Shown here piece by piece: positions 9,579-19,389 of a DNA stretch of 64,000 bases. Position 1 is the first letter of the stretch; every line of letters begins with the position of its first letter. A program made the position numbers and the translations under genes. This DNA comes from an uncultured bacterium (GTDB lineage: Bacteria; Verrucomicrobiota; Verrucomicrobiia; Verrucomicrobiales; DEV007). A model generated the notes under the pieces. That model was not told where the DNA came from, did no database searches, and was given only the letters and a program-made list of their open reading frames with translations. The stretch is taken from assembly GCA_963977015.1 (NCBI GenBank), contig CAXBMO010000006.1, positions 96,001-160,000 on the forward strand, written 5' to 3'.

Positions 9579-10160
9579 ATGCTAGAAGACGCTCTTGAGA
9601 AATTTCCGGTTCGGACAACGCTCAGCGATGAGACACCGATCACGATTCGGCCCATGGAGGCTGGTGATGAAGGCGCGTTTCGCGATTTTCATACGGTGAT
9701 CCCCGATCAGGAACAGTTGTTCCTGCGCAACCAAATTAAGGATGGAACCCTTTTCAAGGAGTGGATGTCAGATCCTGAAGGAGGCGAACACCTGCCGTTG
9801 CTGACCTTTATTGATGGAAAATTGACAGCGATGGCCTATTTGCATCAACCGCGAGGCGGCTGGAAACGGCACATCGGCGGGGTGACTTTTTTGACCCACC
9901 CGGATTTCAAGGGGCTTGGCCTCATCGACCACCTTCTCAAAGAGGTGATTGAGCTGGCTCAGCATTGTGGCCTCACCAAGTTGGAGTCCGAGATTAACGG
10001 CGAACGCGTTTCAGCCATTGAATCGCTCGGGATGGTTGGGTTTCGCGAACTGCTCCGGCTTCCCCACTACGTGCAGGACATGAAGGGGCGTTCCCACGAC
10101 TACGTCTTGATGGGGATGAACCTGGTCGCGTCGTTTGAGTATCTGGGCGCGGGAGACTGA
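9579..10160 (+). CDS. GNAT family N-acetyltransferase
   Basis: ITIRPM, THPDFKGLGL (motif A variant), GFRE; resembles acyl-CoA synthetase-associated GNAT domains. Confidence 0.8.
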   Translation: MLEDALEKFPVRTTLSDETPITIRPMEAGDEGAFRDFHTVIPDQEQLFLRNQIKDGTLFKEWMSDPEGGEHLPLLTFIDGKLTAMAYLHQPRGGWKRHIGGVTFLTHPDFKGLGLIDHLLKEVIELAQHCGLTKLESEINGERVSAIESLGMVGFRELLRLPHYVQDMKGRSHDYVLMGMNLVASFEYLGAGD

Positions 10161-11120
10161 TCAGGCAAGCTGCGCCATCAGATCGGTCGCGATGGATTCC
10201 GGGTCGGAGGCATCGCCAGTCGCCTCAATGCGTTTTGGCGGTTCGGTGCTCGTTTCGCCTTCCGGAACGTCTTTGAACACGATGGCGCGGACCTTCACTT
10301 TCCCACCGTCGAGGAGCTCGGTATGGACCCCAACCGGAGTCTGGCAACCGGCTCCGAGCGCGTGGAGAAAGGCTCGCTCGACTCGAATGCGATGCCAGGT
10401 TGGCTCGTGATTGATGGCGGAGAGAATCTTGCGCGACTCATCGTCGTCGGTGCGGATTTCGATCGCGACGGCACCCTGGCCCGCGGCCGGAATCATGACG
10501 GATGGCGGCAGGATCGCGAATCCCAGCCGGTGATCCTCGAACGCGAGTTCCGTTCCGCTCAAGTCGAACCCGAGGCGTTTGAGACCGGCATGGGCCAGGA
10601 TCGTGGCGTCGATTTCGGGTAGCGTGGCGACTTTGCGGAGGCGGGTTGGAACGTTTCCGCGAATTTCGACCAATTTGAGGTCGGGCCGCCGTTCCTGAAT
10701 CTGGCGATGGCGGCGAACGCTGCTGGTCGCGACCGTCGCGCCTTCGGGCAGGGAGTCGAGGCCGTTCTCCGCATGAATTTGAGCTTTGGTGATGACGACG
10801 TCTTCGATCGGGGCTCGTGGAAGCACCGCCGCGAGATCGAATCGCGATTCCAGGATCGTCGGCACGTCCTTGAGGCTGTGAACTGCGGCGTGGATCGTCT
10901 TTTCGTCGAGCGCGTCCTCCAACTCCTTGGTGAAGACGGCCTTGTCGAGGTTGGGGGCGGAAAGCTTGAGGTCCTGGCGCTTGTCGCCCGTTGTCGCGAT
11001 GATGTTTTGTTCAACGGCGCGGTCGATTCCAGACGCTTCCAGGGCAGCTTGGGTCATTTTCGCCTGGGTCAGCGCAAGATCGCTACCGCGGGTTCCGAGA
11101 ATAAAGGGATCAGAGGCCAT
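10161..11120 (-). CDS. hemC: Hydroxymethylbilane synthase
   Basis: GTRGSDLALTQ, FTKELE, AVHSLKDVP, TSSVRR, RGNVPTRL, PAAGQGA, GAGCQTP. Confidence 0.96.
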   Translation of the reverse strand: MASDPFILGTRGSDLALTQAKMTQAALEASGIDRAVEQNIIATTGDKRQDLKLSAPNLDKAVFTKELEDALDEKTIHAAVHSLKDVPTILESRFDLAAVLPRAPIEDVVITKAQIHAENGLDSLPEGATVATSSVRRHRQIQERRPDLKLVEIRGNVPTRLRKVATLPEIDATILAHAGLKRLGFDLSGTELAFEDHRLGFAILPPSVMIPAAGQGAVAIEIRTDDDESRKILSAINHEPTWHRIRVERAFLHALGAGCQTPVGVHTELLDGGKVKVRAIVFKDVPEGETSTEPPKRIEATGDASDPESIATDLMAQLA

Positions 11121-11275
11121 GAGTGGGGATCTGTAGCCTTCGAATGGGAAATAATCAACGAAGGGCGTTTGAGCAGGGCGATCCTCTAACCTTGTCCGCA
11201 AGAACGGGCTTGCCCTCAGGCTTGGATTCAGTAGTCTTGGCGCCGAAACACAACCAATCTGGATTCTTTTTTACC

Positions 11276-12346
11276 ATGCGCATTCTCGTTACTGGCGGAG
11301 CTGGCTTCATCGGCTCCAATTTGATTCACTACCTGCTCAAGTCGGCCGAGAGCGAACTGGGCGTGAAGATCGACAAAGTCGTCAATTTTGACAAACTGAC
11401 CTACGCTGGAAATCTCCAGAACCTGACCGATGTCGATTCGGATCCGCGCTATGCGTTTGTGCAGGGTGATATCTGCAAGCGGGAAGATTTCGCCGGCGCG
11501 CTGGCCGAACATGACATCGATCACGTGATGCACCTCGCCGCGGAGTCGCATGTCGATCGTTCGATCGACGCCCCGGAAGAATTCATCATGACGAACTTTG
11601 TGGGAACGTTTCAGTTGCTGCACACCGCCAAGGAGTTCGCCAAAGAGAAGGACAAGGCCGATTTTCGCTTCCTCCACGTTTCAACCGACGAAGTCTACGG
11701 TTCCCTTGAATTGGATGATCCTGCGTTTGAGGAAACGACGCCGTATCAGCCTAACAGCCCGTATTCGGCGTCGAAAGCGGGTTCCGACCACCTGGTCCGC
11801 GCCTACTTCCACACGTTCGGTTTTCCCGTCATCACGACGAATTGCTCGAACAATTACGGCCCGTTCCAGTTTCCTGAGAAGTTGATTCCCCTCATGATCG
11901 GCAAGGTCTTGAAAGGCGAGAAGCTTCCGGTGTATGGCGATGGATCCAACGTGCGCGACTGGCTCTATGTCGAAGACCACGCCCGCGGCCTTGCCCTGGC
12001 GTTGGTCAAAGGGAAGACCGGTGAGACCTACAACATCGGCGGGAAGAACGAGCTGAAGAACATTGAGGTGGTTCGCGAACTGATCTCGATCGTTCACGAA
12101 TTGAAGCCGGAGCTGAAGACCGATTCCCCGGATGACATGATCACCTATGTGAAGGATCGTCCCGGACATGACAAGCGTTATGCCATCAACTGTTCCAAGA
12201 TCGAGGAGGAGTTGGGTTGGGCGCCGCGTGAGAGTTTTGAGACCGGACTCCGGAAGACGATTCAGTGGTACCTGGACAACGAAGCGTGGATTCGTGCGAT
12301 TGAAGACGGAACTTACGCGGGTGAACGGCTGGGTCAGTCCAGTTGA
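11276..12346 (+). CDS. rfbB: dTDP-glucose 4,6-dehydratase
   Basis: [51 protein letters not shown]. Confidence 0.97.
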   Translation: MRILVTGGAGFIGSNLIHYLLKSAESELGVKIDKVVNFDKLTYAGNLQNLTDVDSDPRYAFVQGDICKREDFAGALAEHDIDHVMHLAAESHVDRSIDAPEEFIMTNFVGTFQLLHTAKEFAKEKDKADFRFLHVSTDEVYGSLELDDPAFEETTPYQPNSPYSASKAGSDHLVRAYFHTFGFPVITTNCSNNYGPFQFPEKLIPLMIGKVLKGEKLPVYGDGSNVRDWLYVEDHARGLALALVKGKTGETYNIGGKNELKNIEVVRELISIVHELKPELKTDSPDDMITYVKDRPGHDKRYAINCSKIEEELGWAPRESFETGLRKTIQWYLDNEAWIRAIEDGTYAGERLGQSS

Positions 12347-12350
12347 GCTG

Positions 12351-12502
12351 GAAATCCCAAATTCCACGCACCAAATTCCAAAGAAAAGCTCAAATTCCAA
12401 TTCCAAAATGACAAACCCGGTCGCACGACGGAATTGGCTTTGGACTTTGGTCATTGGAAGTTGGATCTTGCCTGGAATTTGGAATCCGGGTTTTGGAATT
12501 TC
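12351..12502. repeat. Heptamer-periodic inverted repeat (AAATTCC-type left arm, TGGAATT-type right arm)
   Basis: AAATCCC AAATTCC ACGCACC AAATTCC ... TTTGGAC TTTGGTC ATTGGAA GTTGGAT ... TGGAATT TGGAATC ... TGGAATT. Confidence 0.75.
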
Positions 12503-13306
12503 ATGACGGCACGTCAAGCTAGTCCGTTGCTGTGTGTCGTCACCGGGATGGAACATTCCGGAACGACGTTTCTTTCCAAGCTTCTCACCGCCCATCCCCG
12601 GGTGAATGCGGCGTTCGAGTGCGGAGTTCTGCTGGGGGATTCGCCGGCGGAGATTCCGAAACTGGAGCCGTGGAGCGATTGGTTCGTGAAGCCAATTGAG
12701 GAAGGCCATTGGGGATTGACCCCCAGTCAGTTCGCGGAAGTCGCGGCGGCGGCGGATTGGGACGGCGCCTACGCCAGGATCATCGAGCATTGCCCGCTCT
12801 TTCTGGAAGGCGAAACCCAGATTGTCGACAAGTCTCCGCGTTATCTCCAGGATTTGCCCGAGATCCTGGCGAAAGTTCCCAACACGCCCTGTCTCGTTCT
12901 GGAGAAGGACGCGTTGCTCATGTTTCACAGTTACAAGCGGCGTGGGTTTGGCGTGAAGCGGTTTGCGAGTTACTTCAACCGCTGTCAATCCGCGTTGCGG
13001 GAAGCGGAGAAGCAATTCTCAGTTCTTCGGGTAAGCCAGGAGCGGCTTTCGGCCAATCAGAGCGAGGTTTTTCGGGAGCTTTGCGACTATCTCGGCCTGG
13101 AATTCGATGAGCAATACGTCAACCGGCGTTGGTGCAAGCATCACATGTTCGGCATCAGCTTCGTCTGGCTCTTCAAAAAGCCGTATGATTTCGACAAAGC
13201 CCGCGAACGGGCCGATGCGGAGGTAACCCGGGAAGAGCGGGCTTATCTCGTGGACAACCTGCAGAGAATTGGTCACGATACCATGTTCACTCTGCTCGAT
13301 GCCTGA
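12503..13306 (+). CDS. Sulfotransferase family protein
   Basis: VVTGMEHSGTTFLSKLL.AHP PAPS loop, VDKSP. Confidence 0.75.
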   Translation: MTARQASPLLCVVTGMEHSGTTFLSKLLTAHPRVNAAFECGVLLGDSPAEIPKLEPWSDWFVKPIEEGHWGLTPSQFAEVAAAADWDGAYARIIEHCPLFLEGETQIVDKSPRYLQDLPEILAKVPNTPCLVLEKDALLMFHSYKRRGFGVKRFASYFNRCQSALREAEKQFSVLRVSQERLSANQSEVFRELCDYLGLEFDEQYVNRRWCKHHMFGISFVWLFKKPYDFDKARERADAEVTREERAYLVDNLQRIGHDTMFTLLDA

Positions 13307-14228
13307 CAAGACGCCCAGCTTTATCGATCCCGCCGCTTTGATGCGGATCCGCTCTCTGGAATTGCGGGCGAAAGTGGTGGTCGAAGGGTTTTGGAAGGGC
13401 TTGCACCGCAGTCCCTATCACGGGTTTTCCGTCGAGTTCAGCGAATATCGTCAGTACACCAAAGGCGATGATCCCCGCTACATCGATTGGAAGGTGTATG
13501 CGCGCAGCGATCGTCACTTCATCAAAAAATTCGAGGACGAGACGAACCTCCGTTGCCACCTGTTCGTGGATCAAAGCCGGTCGATGGAGTTTGGCTCGGG
13601 CGAGTTTGGGAAGGTGGATTATGCAAACTCGTTAACGGCGACGCTCGCCTATTTTCTGATGCAGCAGGGCGATGCGGTCGGGCTAACCACGTTTCATGAG
13701 AATCTGGCCGAGCAGATCCCGCCGCGCAATCGGCCGGGACATTTGCGGCGGCTGATGTTGATGCTGGAAGAGGATTGTCAGGGCAACGCGACCGATCTTG
13801 CCGGGATGCTCGAGCGAATCCCGCAAATGGTGCGGCGGCGGGGGCTCATTGTCGTGATTTCAGATTTTCTCGTGCCGCTCGATACCATTGAAGTCGGGCT
13901 GCGCCGCTTGAATGCGACCGGGCATGACGTCGTGCTCTTCCAGGTGCTCGATCCCGCCGAAACGACTTTCTCGTTTGAAGAGGCCAAGCACTTTCGCGAT
14001 GCGGAGACCGGGCAGGAGTTTTTTGTCGATCCCTCCGTGGCTCGAACGCGCTATTTGGAACGGTTTGAAGAGCATCGGGAAGCCCTGGCTGCGACCGCGA
14101 TCAAGTACGGAATGGACTTCGTTGCGATGGATACTCAAGAGCATCTCGAACACGCGCTGTCCCAATTCGTCAACCGGCGTCACAATGCCGGGATGGTCGC
14201 GAGAACCCGACGCGCGAAAAACAGGTAG
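13299..14228 (+). CDS. DUF58 domain protein (MoxR-associated, vWA-like)
   Basis: GLHRSPYHGFSVEFSEYRQY..GDDPRYIDWK, DQSRSM, VISDF. Confidence 0.92.
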   Translation: MPDKTPSFIDPAALMRIRSLELRAKVVVEGFWKGLHRSPYHGFSVEFSEYRQYTKGDDPRYIDWKVYARSDRHFIKKFEDETNLRCHLFVDQSRSMEFGSGEFGKVDYANSLTATLAYFLMQQGDAVGLTTFHENLAEQIPPRNRPGHLRRLMLMLEEDCQGNATDLAGMLERIPQMVRRRGLIVVISDFLVPLDTIEVGLRRLNATGHDVVLFQVLDPAETTFSFEEAKHFRDAETGQEFFVDPSVARTRYLERFEEHREALAATAIKYGMDFVAMDTQEHLEHALSQFVNRRHNAGMVARTRRAKNR

Positions 14229-14283
14229 GCGCTGGTTTCGGGCGACGGCACACCTCACCCCGGAATCCGGCGCGGAGCGAACC

Positions 14284-14985
14284 TTAAGCCTCTTGTTCCG
14301 GTGGTGGAGGCGGAAGGAAGTAAAGCTTCTTCGCCTTGTAGTCCAACACGGCTCCGTATTCCTGAAGAAAGTCGTAACCGAGTATTCCATCGACCTGGAT
14401 CCCGAAATTGTTGATGCCGGTGGCCACGAGATTCGCGACGCGGAAAACGCGGCTCTCGAACTTGGACTTGCCGAGTTGGAAATTCTCGAGCTTGGCATCG
14501 CCAATTCCCATTTGGCGACCGTCGATGGTGTTGAGAACGTCGCCGGTTTGCTTGACGGTCAACCCGAGGACGTCAGCCACCGGGCCGTCCAGATAGGAGT
14601 AGGGAAGGTTGGTGTTGATGATGAAGGTGTGATCGCGGTCCGCGATTTTGACGATCACAATCATGGCGGATTTCTCATCATTGTAGGTTAGCGAGTCGCA
14701 ACCCACATTGGTGAGGTATTGCTCCATCGTCACATCAGCAGACGAGGTGGTTCGGCTCGGGTCGGTCGCCCACAGGTCGATGTATTCCTGATCGGCTGGG
14801 CTGAGCGAAGTGACGGGGACGGGCGCCGTTTTTCCACTTGCCAGTTTTAAGATGGCCTTGCCATCCTCGAGGCCTACGAGTTCGGCTTCAATCGCGCGAC
14901 CGTTGGTGTTCGTAAAGCTCCGGCTCTGGGCTTGGGCAAAACCCAGGCCAAGCGCGGTGATGATGAGAAATCTAATCACGTTCAT
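14284..14985 (-). CDS. Secreted SHD1 + retropepsin-like domain protein, catalytic Asp replaced (pseudo-protease)
   Basis: Signal peptide; RSFTNTNGRAIEAEL...SLSPADQEYI (SHD1-like); FIINTN in place of DTG; DGILGYDFL. Confidence 0.75.
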   Translation of the reverse strand: MNVIRFLIITALGLGFAQAQSRSFTNTNGRAIEAELVGLEDGKAILKLASGKTAPVPVTSLSPADQEYIDLWATDPSRTTSSADVTMEQYLTNVGCDSLTYNDEKSAMIVIVKIADRDHTFIINTNLPYSYLDGPVADVLGLTVKQTGDVLNTIDGRQMGIGDAKLENFQLGKSKFESRVFRVANLVATGINNFGIQVDGILGYDFLQEYGAVLDYKAKKLYFLPPPPPEQEA

Positions 14986-14991
14986 GGGATT

Positions 14992-15708
14992 CTATTGTTC
15001 AGGAAGGAAGTAAAGGACCATGGATTCCCAATCGGCAATCCCGTCGAAATATTGCAGCACGTCGGCACCCATGATGCCGTTGGCTTCGATGCCGATCCGT
15101 TTCAGGCTGCAGACGCCAAGCTCGAAGCCTTCGATTTCGAGACCGGCGATGCCGAACGTTTTCGTCGCGCCGGCGTAAACCTTTTCAGTTCCTCCATCGA
15201 TCGTCGGAAAGTCGCCAAAATCGACATCGCGGTAAACTTCCACCTTGGTGGATTCGGCAACTTCGCTATCGACCATGCTGAGGGCCCGGCCGGAGTCGAA
15301 AATGAACGTGAAGGGTTTTCCGTTCACCGATACATCAACGAGAATCGACTTCCCTTTCTGGGTCAGCTTTGCCGAGGCGTAACCCTTCTCGGTCATGAAT
15401 TTGGACAATCCCATTCCACCGGCTGCGCTCTTCGCTGCGGCGCGGGTTCGTTCGGCGGGATCCCAATTTTGAATGTAGGATTGGTCGTCGATGCTCAGCG
15501 CGGCAATCGGCACGGGGATCTCGCTGAGGTTCGAGCGCCGGAGAATGGCCTTGTCGCCTTCCACGCGGATGAGGCGGGCGCGCAACTCTTTGCCCGACTG
15601 GCTTTTGAAGGTGCGATATTCAGCCGCGCCGGCTCCGGATTGGGCCAGGGCCGGAGTGGCAAGGCTCAGGAGAATGAGTCCTGAGTAGAGAAGGGGGATT
15701 TTCATCAT
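14992..15708 (-). CDS. Secreted SHD1 + retropepsin-like aspartic protease (intact DSG)
   Basis: Signal peptide; YRTFKSQSGKELRARL...LSIDDQSYI; FIFDSGRALS; GIMGADVL. Confidence 0.8.
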   Translation of the reverse strand: MMKIPLLYSGLILLSLATPALAQSGAGAAEYRTFKSQSGKELRARLIRVEGDKAILRRSNLSEIPVPIAALSIDDQSYIQNWDPAERTRAAAKSAAGGMGLSKFMTEKGYASAKLTQKGKSILVDVSVNGKPFTFIFDSGRALSMVDSEVAESTKVEVYRDVDFGDFPTIDGGTEKVYAGATKTFGIAGLEIEGFELGVCSLKRIGIEANGIMGADVLQYFDGIADWESMVLYFLPEQ

Positions 15709-15760
15709 GGGGATTGTCTCGCAACAAGGTTGAGGGATCAAGATTCGAATCGGGAGGATT

Positions 15761-17179
15761 TCAGGGAACGCGAACGAACATTTTTTGCGCCTGATAATCG
15801 ATGAGCGCGCCGAGCTTGCTGATGGCATCGAGCCCGAGAATGCCGTCGACATCGACCTGGCCCTGTCGCGCCGCCAGTTCGGGGAAGCGGAAGATCATGC
15901 AGGTGCGGATGGGGATGGCACCGGTGGAATTGGCGCCGTTGAGATCGACGATCCGGAGGTCCAGCGAGGGGAGGGGCTTGCCTGCGATGTTGAGGGTTTC
16001 GAGTTTGGCGAGATGGAGCTGGGTCTTCTTTCCCGCGACCATCATGAACTCGTTGAGAGGGGTTGCGGACATGCCGATGCGGGAGGCGGCGGCGCGATCG
16101 AGATAGGAAACGGGGAGGGTCGAGTTGAGCAGAAAGCGCAGTTTCTCGGTTCCCAGATTGAGCTCGAACGCGGCGACCGTGGAGTTGCCGTAGCCGTAGG
16201 GAACAGGGGCGAATTTTTCAGCTTCGAGAATCTCCCCAATCTTGACCGAACCCAGCCCTTTGCGGCGCGGATCCGTGGACCAGAGATCGAGATATTCGCG
16301 GTCGGCGTGGCTCAGCGAGGAAATCGGGACCTGGACCTGTTTGCCGCCATCGACGTTCAACGTCACCGAGGTCGACTCAACCGTGACGAGTTCGCCGAGC
16401 ATCTTGGCGCCGGTCTTGGTGGTGTATTCGCGCAATTCGCCAACGTCCGGCCCGGCGTTTTCCGTTTCGCCGCCTTTGCAATAGGCGACCCGCTTCTGCC
16501 AATCGATCATCGCGTCCATCAGCTGAAAAAAGTCGGCACCCAGAATTCCCTGGGCCTTGAACCCGATTTTAGGCAAGTCCGCAATCCCCATTTCCCAGGG
16601 CTCGAGATGCGTCTGACCGAGCGTGAAGGAGTCGAATACGCCGGCGATGACCTTTTCCAGGGAACCGTCGGGAAGGGGAAACTCGCCGAAAACGATTTCG
16701 CTGCGCTCCACACCGGCTTGAGCGGCCAGGTTGCTGTCGAAAATCGTGAGGAACTGGCCGGGATCGAGGAGGAACTCGAACGGCTTCTGGTTCACGGCGA
16801 CGTCGATGGTCAGGTTTCGGTCCCCGACCTTGAGTGGCGTCTGGGTGTAACCCGATTCGCGCAAAAATTCGGACAATCCCAGATCATCGAGCCATTCGGC
16901 CCGGCGTTCGTCCGGGTTCCACGCCTGGATGTAGGCTTGGTCATCGATGGACAGCGCTTGAATCGGGATCGTGACGTCCAGGCCCGAGGAGGTCCGGATT
17001 TGGGCGTCCTTCCCGTCGACCGAAAGAAGACGGGCCCGAACTTCCTTACCCGAAGCGCGACTGGTGAAGGTTCGGTATTCCGCTGCGCCCGCGAGCTCCG
17101 CCAGTGACGAAGCAATTGTGAGGCCCAACCATCCAACGACAAAAACGTAAGCAAGGTGCACGGTCGAGACGCTAGGCAT
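15761..17179 (-). CDS. Secreted tandem [SHD1-retropepsin]x2 protein
   Basis: N-terminal hydrophobic segment; SHD1 / FLLDPG / GILGADFF then SHD1 / FLLNST / DGILGLD. Confidence 0.78.
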   Translation of the reverse strand: MPSVSTVHLAYVFVVGWLGLTIASSLAELAGAAEYRTFTSRASGKEVRARLLSVDGKDAQIRTSSGLDVTIPIQALSIDDQAYIQAWNPDERRAEWLDDLGLSEFLRESGYTQTPLKVGDRNLTIDVAVNQKPFEFLLDPGQFLTIFDSNLAAQAGVERSEIVFGEFPLPDGSLEKVIAGVFDSFTLGQTHLEPWEMGIADLPKIGFKAQGILGADFFQLMDAMIDWQKRVAYCKGGETENAGPDVGELREYTTKTGAKMLGELVTVESTSVTLNVDGGKQVQVPISSLSHADREYLDLWSTDPRRKGLGSVKIGEILEAEKFAPVPYGYGNSTVAAFELNLGTEKLRFLLNSTLPVSYLDRAAASRIGMSATPLNEFMMVAGKKTQLHLAKLETLNIAGKPLPSLDLRIVDLNGANSTGAIPIRTCMIFRFPELAARQGQVDVDGILGLDAISKLGALIDYQAQKMFVRVP

Positions 17180-17209
17180 TTGAGCAGCTCGATCAATCGC
17201 AACTTTGAA

Positions 17210-18229
17210 TCAAACTGCGGCCCGCATTCCGCCCCGAACCGTTCCCGCCGCCGTGGCCCCGTAGTTGGCCTCAAACCAGGGGGCCAGGGGACGGTTGTTG
17301 GGCGGGGAAAGCCAAATCCGGAGAATGTGGCGACGTTTTTCGGGATCGGGGTCATCCTCAAACTCGGTGCGACGATGATAGGTGACCCAATTGTTGAGAA
17401 AGAGCAGGTCTCCCGGCTGCTGATGAAATCGCAGGTGCAGCGTTTCATCGGCCGCGATTGCTTCAATCAGATCGAGGGCTTCCCGCTGGCGATCCGTCAT
17501 CGCGGGCAAATCCTCGCGTTGGTAGGCTCGCTCGATCAGGACACGAAGGAACGCCGACGCGAATACTCCGTCTTGAAACGAGAAAATCGGTTGCTCGCAA
17601 TACGGCTTTTCATTTCCCAAATCGACATTGTGGCGCAGGTAACGGTAGGGCGAGAACAGTTCCTCAAGGAGATCGGGTCGAGTTTCGAGAATGCGATTGT
17701 AAATCGCCATGGAGCTGACCACCTCGTTTTCGCCGCCGGATTTCGCCTGCTGCAGGCAGAAAAAGCCGATCACATCGCATCGATCCGTGTGAAAGCTGAG
17801 CTTTTTCCGGGTATTGGGACCACGGGCTCGGGCATCGCCTTCGGCAAAGCCTTCATCACGCACGCTGAACATCTTCTCTCCCTTGGCGCTCTGCGAAACC
17901 GGTGTTCCCAGGTGGCGGGAAATTCCCCAAAAGAGCCGTCGGCATTGTGCTTCGCTTAGGTTGTCAATCTCCAGGCCACGGATGATCGTGGCGCCTGAGC
18001 CGTTCTCGAGGGAATCCTGGATGGCGCTGAGTTGGCGAGCCAGGGTGGGGAGGGGAAAGTGGTCGTTGTCGAGTTCCTCCAGCGGCAGATCGGCTCCGGC
18101 CCGCAGCGCCGCATTCAGCTCATCCCGTTCCGATTCGTCCCAGTGGATCTCCCAATCGTTACGCTTGGTGAGTTCCGACGCAGTCCATGCTGCGGGGTGT
18201 GTGATGGGTTTGAAAGGCGCTTCAGGCAT
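17210..18229 (-). CDS. TauD/TfdA family Fe(II)/2OG dioxygenase
   Basis: FHTD (HxD), PGDLLFLNN..TYHRRTEF, RHILRIWL. Confidence 0.9.
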   Translation of the reverse strand: MPEAPFKPITHPAAWTASELTKRNDWEIHWDESERDELNAALRAGADLPLEELDNDHFPLPTLARQLSAIQDSLENGSGATIIRGLEIDNLSEAQCRRLFWGISRHLGTPVSQSAKGEKMFSVRDEGFAEGDARARGPNTRKKLSFHTDRCDVIGFFCLQQAKSGGENEVVSSMAIYNRILETRPDLLEELFSPYRYLRHNVDLGNEKPYCEQPIFSFQDGVFASAFLRVLIERAYQREDLPAMTDRQREALDLIEAIAADETLHLRFHQQPGDLLFLNNWVTYHRRTEFEDDPDPEKRRHILRIWLSPPNNRPLAPWFEANYGATAAGTVRGGMRAAV

Positions 18230-18244
18230 CTGAAATTACCGAAC

Positions 18245-18658
18245 TTAAACACGCTTCCGACGCCGTTGCCAAGCAAGGAATCCGGTTGCGGCCAAGGCAA
18301 TGATGGCCCCAAAAAATTCCCGGGTCAGTTCGACTTCCGCATGATTGGGCGACATGCCGGACTTGGTCATCGTGAAGTGACCGCTTTGGAGATTGGCAAA
18401 GAATCCGGGGCCGGTTGTGATCAACTCGTAGATGCCATAGAGCGCAATCAGCGCATAGAGCGGCCAGGGAAACTTCTTCAACAGCGCCAGGAAAAATCCG
18501 ACCGCGACCAAACCGTAAAACACGATCCAGGCCCAAACATCAGCAAGGGATGGATCGACATAGATGTCGGGATTGTCATCTTCGTGCTGGAGCCAGGAAA
18601 ACCAGGCAAAGATGACAAGGCCAATGGCGTTCAGGGTAGGGAAGAGGAACTTCTTCAT
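18245..18658 (-). CDS. TMEM220-like membrane protein
   Basis: Four TM segments, LQHEDDNPD, WIVFYG, EVELTREFFG. Confidence 0.7.
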   Translation of the reverse strand: MKKFLFPTLNAIGLVIFAWFSWLQHEDDNPDIYVDPSLADVWAWIVFYGLVAVGFFLALLKKFPWPLYALIALYGIYELITTGPGFFANLQSGHFTMTKSGMSPNHAEVELTREFFGAIIALAATGFLAWQRRRKRV

Positions 18659-18840
18659 GCCTCTAATTTAGAGAGCTGTCCCCATTGTCGAGCGGCACTG
18701 CATCCGCGTTGTGGCAGTTGAGACCCTCTGTTTGAACCCGGCCTGGCGTCAGGGAGCCTGATTTCTCGGGAAATTGGTAACTTTGAACGGCTTACGGTGT
18801 CCAATTTCTGAACCTTTCAGAGAAGAAACAAGAAGACGAC

Positions 18841-19389
18841 GTGAGCGAAATAACTGACAACGAAAAGCACGAAGAGTTTATGCGGCTCTTTCTCAGCAAC
18901 GAACACGAGGTTCTGCGCTACGTCTTGGCCCTGGTCCCGAACCTTGCCGATGCACGGGACATCATTCAGGAAACGGCGGTTTCGTTGTGGAAACGCTTCG
19001 ACGATTACGACCCCGAGCAGCCGTTTGCGCCGTGGGCCTGTCGATTTGCGCTCAACAAAGTGCGCCACCATTGGCGGCGTGAAAAACGGCGCCAGCACCT
19101 CTTCGATGAAGAAACGATGGAATTTCTCGCAGCGCGCCGGACCGAACTCGCCGACGTGATGGACTATCGCCGCGAGTTTCTTCAGGAATGCCTCTGCAAG
19201 ATGCCGGAAAAATCGCGCTCCATTTTGACGGGCTACTACTTTCACGAGGAATCCGTGGAAGAGATTTCGGAAAAGACGGGTCGAACCGTCGAGGCAATTT
19301 ACAAAGCGCTCCAGCGCATCCGCCGTGGCCTGAGCCAATGCATCCAATATCGGATGGAGGCTGACTCCCAAGCGAAAACCGTAACATGA
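18841..19389 (+). CDS. ECF sigma-70 factor (Rhodopirellula/Verrucomicrobium type)
   Basis: DARDIIQET...LW, F.PWA, AIYKALQRIRRGL.QCI. Confidence 0.92.
   Translation: MSEITDNEKHEEFMRLFLSNEHEVLRYVLALVPNLADARDIIQETAVSLWKRFDDYDPEQPFAPWACRFALNKVRHHWRREKRRQHLFDEETMEFLAARRTELADVMDYRREFLQECLCKMPEKSRSILTGYYFHEESVEEISEKTGRTVEAIYKALQRIRRGLSQCIQYRMEADSQAKTVT

Noticed and set aside
12351-12502. Possible CRISPR array
   Set aside because: Units are degenerate 7-mers in inverted arms; no repeat-spacer structure and no cas genes.
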